Origin: Eledone cirrhosa
Lineage: Eukaryota
Direction of reading: 5' to 3'
Assembly (NCBI GenBank): GCA_964016885.1
Contig: OZ024742.1
Location: 61,876,001-61,940,000, forward strand
DNA length: 64,000 nt
Shown: positions 56,573-64,000 of the stretch, in pieces
How the letters are laid out: each line of letters starts with the position of its first letter
Numbering within the stretch: the first letter of the stretch is position 1
The notes under the pieces: generated by a model
What the model was told of the DNA's origin: nothing
The model's input: the letters and a program-made list of their open reading frames with translations, nothing else
Database searches by the model: none
Program-made: the position numbers and the translations under genes

Positions 56573-57039
56573 TATAGATATATATACATACATATATATA
56601 CATATATATATATACATATATATAAATATATATATATATACATAAAAACAAATAATATACATACTAGTATTTCAGTATACATATATGGATGTACATCTTT
56701 AACTTAATTATATATACATATATATACATATATATATACATATATATACACATATATATATATATATATATATATACTTATATATTCCTGTCTTCCTCCG
56801 GTTGCAACGTTTTTTGAAATATCCAGTTCTGCGTTTACAGATTGACTTTGTTAGTTTCAGAAGATCCAGTTAAGGGTGAAAGCAGCGATTCTTTGCTTAA
56901 ACTTTAATCTGTTATTTTAATAAATATTTGCTCTACGGTTCTTATATATTTGATATATATTTTCCTTATCGAGCCCTCTTTGGATTTTAGTCTTCAATTT
57001 TATTATTATTACTATATATATACATATATATATATATAC

Positions 57040-57115
<76 letters not shown>

Positions 57116-57315
57116 ATACATATATATGTATATATACATATACATATATATACATATATATATACATATACATATATATACATATATATATACATATATA
57201 TACATATATATATACATATACATATATATACATATATATATAAATACATATATATACATATATATATAAATACATATATATATATATATATACATATATA
57301 TACATATATATATAC

Positions 57316-57368
<53 letters not shown>

Positions 57369-57498
57369 CATATATATATATACATATATATATATACATA
57401 TATATATATATACATATATATATATACATATATACATTTATTTATATACATATATATATATATATATACATATATATATACATATATATATACATATA

Positions 57499-57556
<58 letters not shown>

Positions 57557-57873
57557 AACATATATATATATAAATTGAAACAAAATGAAAACGAAATTTC
57601 ATTTCTCACTCTTAGTATGGCACTTACTTAAATGTAAGTATGCATGTATACGTACATACATATATGTATACAGACGTACAGTAGCATGCACATATATATA
57701 TATATATACATATATACATACATATGCATACAGGTACACATACATATATGCACGTATCAGTTTAGCGGCGCTAACGTCGCTTTGTTCGTTTGTAAACAAA
57801 CTGAACAGCCTGAATTTATGCCATACGGTGTTAAGGCAACCACGTCACCTTTTTGTTCAACACTGACACAGGA

Positions 57874-57916
57874 ACGATGTACTAGTTTCAAGCTTGTTAG
57901 CTATCATCAGCACCGT
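57874..57916 (-). ncRNA. Minimal type I hammerhead (array copy 1)
   Basis: acggtg-CTGATGA-tagct aaca agctt-GAAA-ctag-TA-catcgt. Confidence 0.85.
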
Positions 57917-58339
57917 TTACCCATCTGCCAGATAGTTGAACGTTCGAAAGTATATACTTTCCTTATGAAAATTAACGGCTGAGCAGCCTAATTTGCATAT
58001 TGAGTGAGTTAAATCGGTCAGGCATACCGAAAACGATAAATTGAAACAAAATGAAAACGAAATTTCATTTCTCACTCTTAGTATGGCACTTACTTAAATG
58101 TAAGTATGCATGTATACGTACATACATATATGTATACAGACGTACAGTAGCATGCACATATATATATGTATATACATATATACATACATATGCATACAGG
58201 TACACATACATATATGCACGTATCAGTTTAGCGGCGCTAACGTCGCTTTGTTCGTTTGTAAACAAACTGAACAGCCTGAATTTATGCCATACGGTGTTAA
58301 GGCAACCACGTCACCTTTTTGTTCAACACTGACACAGGA

Positions 58340-58382
58340 ACGATGTACTAGTTTCAAGCTTGTTAGCTATCATCAGCACCGT
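58340..58382 (-). ncRNA. Minimal type I hammerhead (array copy 2)
   Basis: Identical to copy 1, 466 bp away. Confidence 0.85.
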
Positions 58383-58845
58383 TTACCCATCTGCCAGATA
58401 GTTGAACGTTCGAAAGTATATACTTTCCTTATGAAAATTAACGGCTGAGCAGCCTAATTTGCATATTGAGTGAGTTAAATCGGTCAGGCATACCGAAAAC
58501 GATAAATTGAAACAAAATGAAAACGAAATTTCATTTCTCACTCTTAGTATGGCACTTACTTAAATGTAAGTATGCATGTATACGTACATACATATATGTA
58601 TACAGACGTACAGTAGCATGCACATATATATATATATATACATATATACATACATATGCATACAGGTACACATACATATATGCACGTATCAGTTTAGCGG
58701 CGCTAACGTCGCTTTGTTCGTTTGTAAACAAACTGAACAGCCTGAATTTATGCCATACTCAATATGCAAATTAGGCTGCTCAGCCGTTAATTTTCATAAG
58801 GAAAGTATATACTTTCGAACGTTCAACTATCTGGCAGATGGGTAA

Positions 58846-58888
58846 ACGGTGCTGATGATAGCTAACAAGCTTGAAACTAGTACATCGT
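58846..58888 (+). ncRNA. Minimal type I hammerhead (array copy 3)
   Basis: Identical motif on the plus strand. Confidence 0.85.
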
Positions 58889-59313
58889 TCCTGTGTCAGT
58901 GTTGAACAAAAAGGTGACGTGGTTGCCTTAACACCGTATGGCATAAATTCAGGCTGTTCAGTTTGTTTACAAACGAACAAAGCGACGTTAGCGCCGCTAA
59001 ACTGATACGTGCATATATGTATGTGTACCTGTATGCATATGTATGTATATATGTATATATATATATATATATGTGCATGCTACTGTACGTCTGTATACAT
59101 ATATGTATGTACGTATACATGCATACTTACATTTAAGTAAGTGCCATACTAAGAGTGAGAAATGAAATTTCGTTTTCATTTTGTTTCAATTTATCGTTTT
59201 CGGTATGCCTGACCGATTTAACTCACTCAATATGCAAATTAGGCTGCTCAGCCGTTAATTTTCATAAGGAAAGTATATACTTTCGAACGTTCAACTATCT
59301 GGCAGATGGGTAA

Positions 59314-59356
59314 ACGGTGCTGATGATAGCTAACAAGCTTGAAACTAGTACATCGT
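59314..59356 (+). ncRNA. Minimal type I hammerhead (array copy 4)
   Basis: Identical motif, 468 bp after copy 3. Confidence 0.85.
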
Positions 59357-59627
59357 TCCTGTGTCAGTGTTGAACAAAAAGGTGACGTGGTTGCCTTAAC
59401 ACCGTATGGCATAAATTCAGGCTGTTCAGTTTGTTTACAAACGAACAAAGCGACGTTAGCGCCGCTAAACTGATACGTGCATATATGTATGTGTACCTGT
59501 ATGCATATGTATGTATATATGTATATATATATATATATATGCATGCTACTGTACGTCTGTATACATATATGTATGTACGTATACATGCATACTTACATTT
59601 ATATATATATACATATATATATATACT

Positions 59628-61505
<1,878 letters not shown>

Positions 61506-61947
61506 GTATATATGTATATATATGTATGTATATATATATATATGTATATATATGTATATATATATACATATATATACATATATATACATATATATATACA
61601 TATATATACATATATATACATATACATATATATATATACATATATATATATACATATATATATATACATATATATATACATATATATATATACATATATA
61701 TATATACATATATATACATACATATACATATACATATATAGAGATATATACATATATATATATACATATATATATATATACATATATATATACATATATA
61801 TATACATATATATACATATATATATATACATATATATACATATATATATATACATACATATATATACATATATATATAAATATATGTACATATATATACA
61901 TATATATATACATATATATATACATATATATACATATATATATATAC

Positions 61948-61978
<31 letters not shown>

Positions 61979-62183
61979 CATATATATATACATATATATA
62001 TATATATATGTACATATATATACATATATATACATATATATACATATATATATATACATATATATACATATATATATATATACATATATATACATATATA
62101 TATATACATATACATATATATGCATATACATATATATACATATACATATATATACATATATATATATATACATATATATATAC

Positions 62184-63287
62184 ATTGGCCTTGCTCAGTA
62201 TGTAGGAAAGGTGTAGGTAGGAACTCCATTCTCTGCCCCAAATGCAAACAATGGGTACACAAGAGATGTAGCGGGATCTCAGGAAGCTTAATTAAGAATG
62301 TAGGATTCACATGCAGCAGCTGTGCTGAAACAGCAAGCAGCAAACAGCCACAGGAAACAAGTACCACCAATCTCTGGGAGGGCCCTGTAGAAACAGTAGA
62401 CAGCTTCTGCTACCTAGGTGACCGAATTAGCAACGGAGGTGGGTGTTCAGAAAGTACAATAACTAGGGTAAGAACGGGATGGTAGAAGTTTAGGGAACTA
62501 CTACCACTGCTAGCTGCAAAAGGCTTCTCCCTCAGAATGAAAGGCAGACTGTATGATGCGTGTATCCGAACAGCGATGTTGCATGGTAGTGAGACCTGGG
62601 CGCTGAAGGTGGAAGACTTACGTAGATTAGAGAGAAACGAAGCCTGCATGCTCCGATGGATGTGTAACAGTAATATACGTGAACGACAAAGCATAAATGA
62701 ATTGAGAGAGAGACTGAGCATAAGAGGAATCAAATGCTGTGTGCAGGAGAGGCGGTTGCGCTGGTACGGACATGTGATGCGTATGAAGGATGACAGCTGC
62801 ATAAAAAGGTGCAGAGCACTAGAAGTTGATGGAAACCGCGGAGTGGGGAGACCCAAGATGACCTGGGATGAGGTGATAAAAGCCGACCTTACCCAATTAC
62901 ACCTCTCAAAGACAATGACACACGACCGTGACTTCTGGCGTCACGCAGTAATACAGAGTACCCGACCTCCCATGGGTACATGCTGAAGCATATAAACAAT
63001 ATGCCCCCACACACCCCACCGCAAGGTGGTCGTGGAGGTGCTACGGCAAAAAAGCACCCAGCCCACACTGTAAAGTGGACGTGTAGGCGCCACGAAAAAG
63101 CACCCAGCACTCACTGTAAATGAGGTTGGTGTTAGGAAGGGCATCCAGCTGTAGAAATCAAGCCAGATCAGTTCCTGTATGAGCAAGGCATGGTCAGCCG
63201 ACCAGACACTGCACACAACAGGACAACCCGTCTAACCCATGCTAGCGTGGAAGAACGGACGTAAAACGGTGATGATGATGATGATGA
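62184..63287 (+). mobile_element. RTE-X-like LINE 3' fragment with Cys-rich finger insert, 3' UTR and (GAT)n tail; a short tail copy lies at 54192-54250
   Basis: WPCSVC..C..C..WVHKRC..CSSC, then FCYLGD, HGSETW, RLRWYGHV, GRPKMTW. Tail cggacgtaaaa..gatgatgat. Confidence 0.85.
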
Positions 63288-63490
63288 CATATATATACAT
63301 ATATATATATATATACATATATATACATATATATATATACATATACATATACACATATACATATATACGTATATATATATACCTATATATATATACATAT
63401 ATATATATACATATATATATATACATATACACAAATATATATACATATATATACATATACATACATATATATACATATATATACATATAC

Positions 63491-63521
<31 letters not shown>

Positions 63522-64000
63522 CATATACACAAATATATATACATATATATACATATACATACATATATATACATATATATATACATACATATATATACAT
63601 ATATATATACATATACATACATATACACATATATATATACATATACATACATATATATACATATACATATATAAATATACATATACATATATACGATATT
63701 AAATAAATGGAAACTATATTTATAAAACCATATCTATTTCACTATATATATTTCAGGGATATCATATTAACAATATGCTATGCCTTCCTCAGACAAAATA
63801 CAATATAAACAGTTTTATAGATAAATAGATTTGACATACCGTACAACATCGACTTGTATTTGAAAAGTTGAATTGGCAGTGAAAAAATTGTACACAGAGA
63901 GAAAGAAAGAGAGAAAAAGGAAAGAAAGACAGAAAACGAAGAAAAAGAAGAAAAAGAAGAAATGCATGGAACAAAATAGAGAGATGGAAAGATAGATAAA

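Larger units (their letters stand above)
57571..59600. repeat. Tandem array of 466-bp non-coding units with an internal inversion; one hammerhead per complete unit
   Basis: Units start at 57571, 58037 and 58503. Orientation flips at ~58757, then ~1.8 inverted units follow. Units are nearly identical. Confidence 0.92.

Noticed and set aside
57571-59600. CRISPR-like array or repeated small CDS (93 and 112 aa ORFs)
   Set aside because: Whole units are identical with no unique spacers, the context is eukaryotic, and the ORFs run through microsatellite-like sequence.

Overview
This is AT-rich eukaryotic DNA, most likely from an octopus or other cephalopod (inferred from the SINE and LINE families and the very long (TA)n/(TACA)n tracts). 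I cannot support a confident host protein-coding gene. The window is mostly retroelement debris: two Tx1/L1-clade LINEs, a near-full-length RTE LINE, RTE-X and R4-like fragments, a DD37D (maT) Tc1/mariner transposon, Helitron-like non-autonomous elements, many SINEs, and many Penelope-like element (PLE) fragments sitting in (TA)n tracts, often as long inverted repeats. The main hidden signal is catalytic RNA. By eye I find about 16-18 type I hammerhead ribozyme motifs from at least 9 sequence families. They include long-stem-II forms with covariation, a U3-A8 core variant, and a 466-bp non-coding tandem/inverted array with one hammerhead per unit (retrozyme-like). An HDV-like ribozyme fold marks the exact 5' end of the RTE LINE. 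All folds were read manually, not computed or tested.
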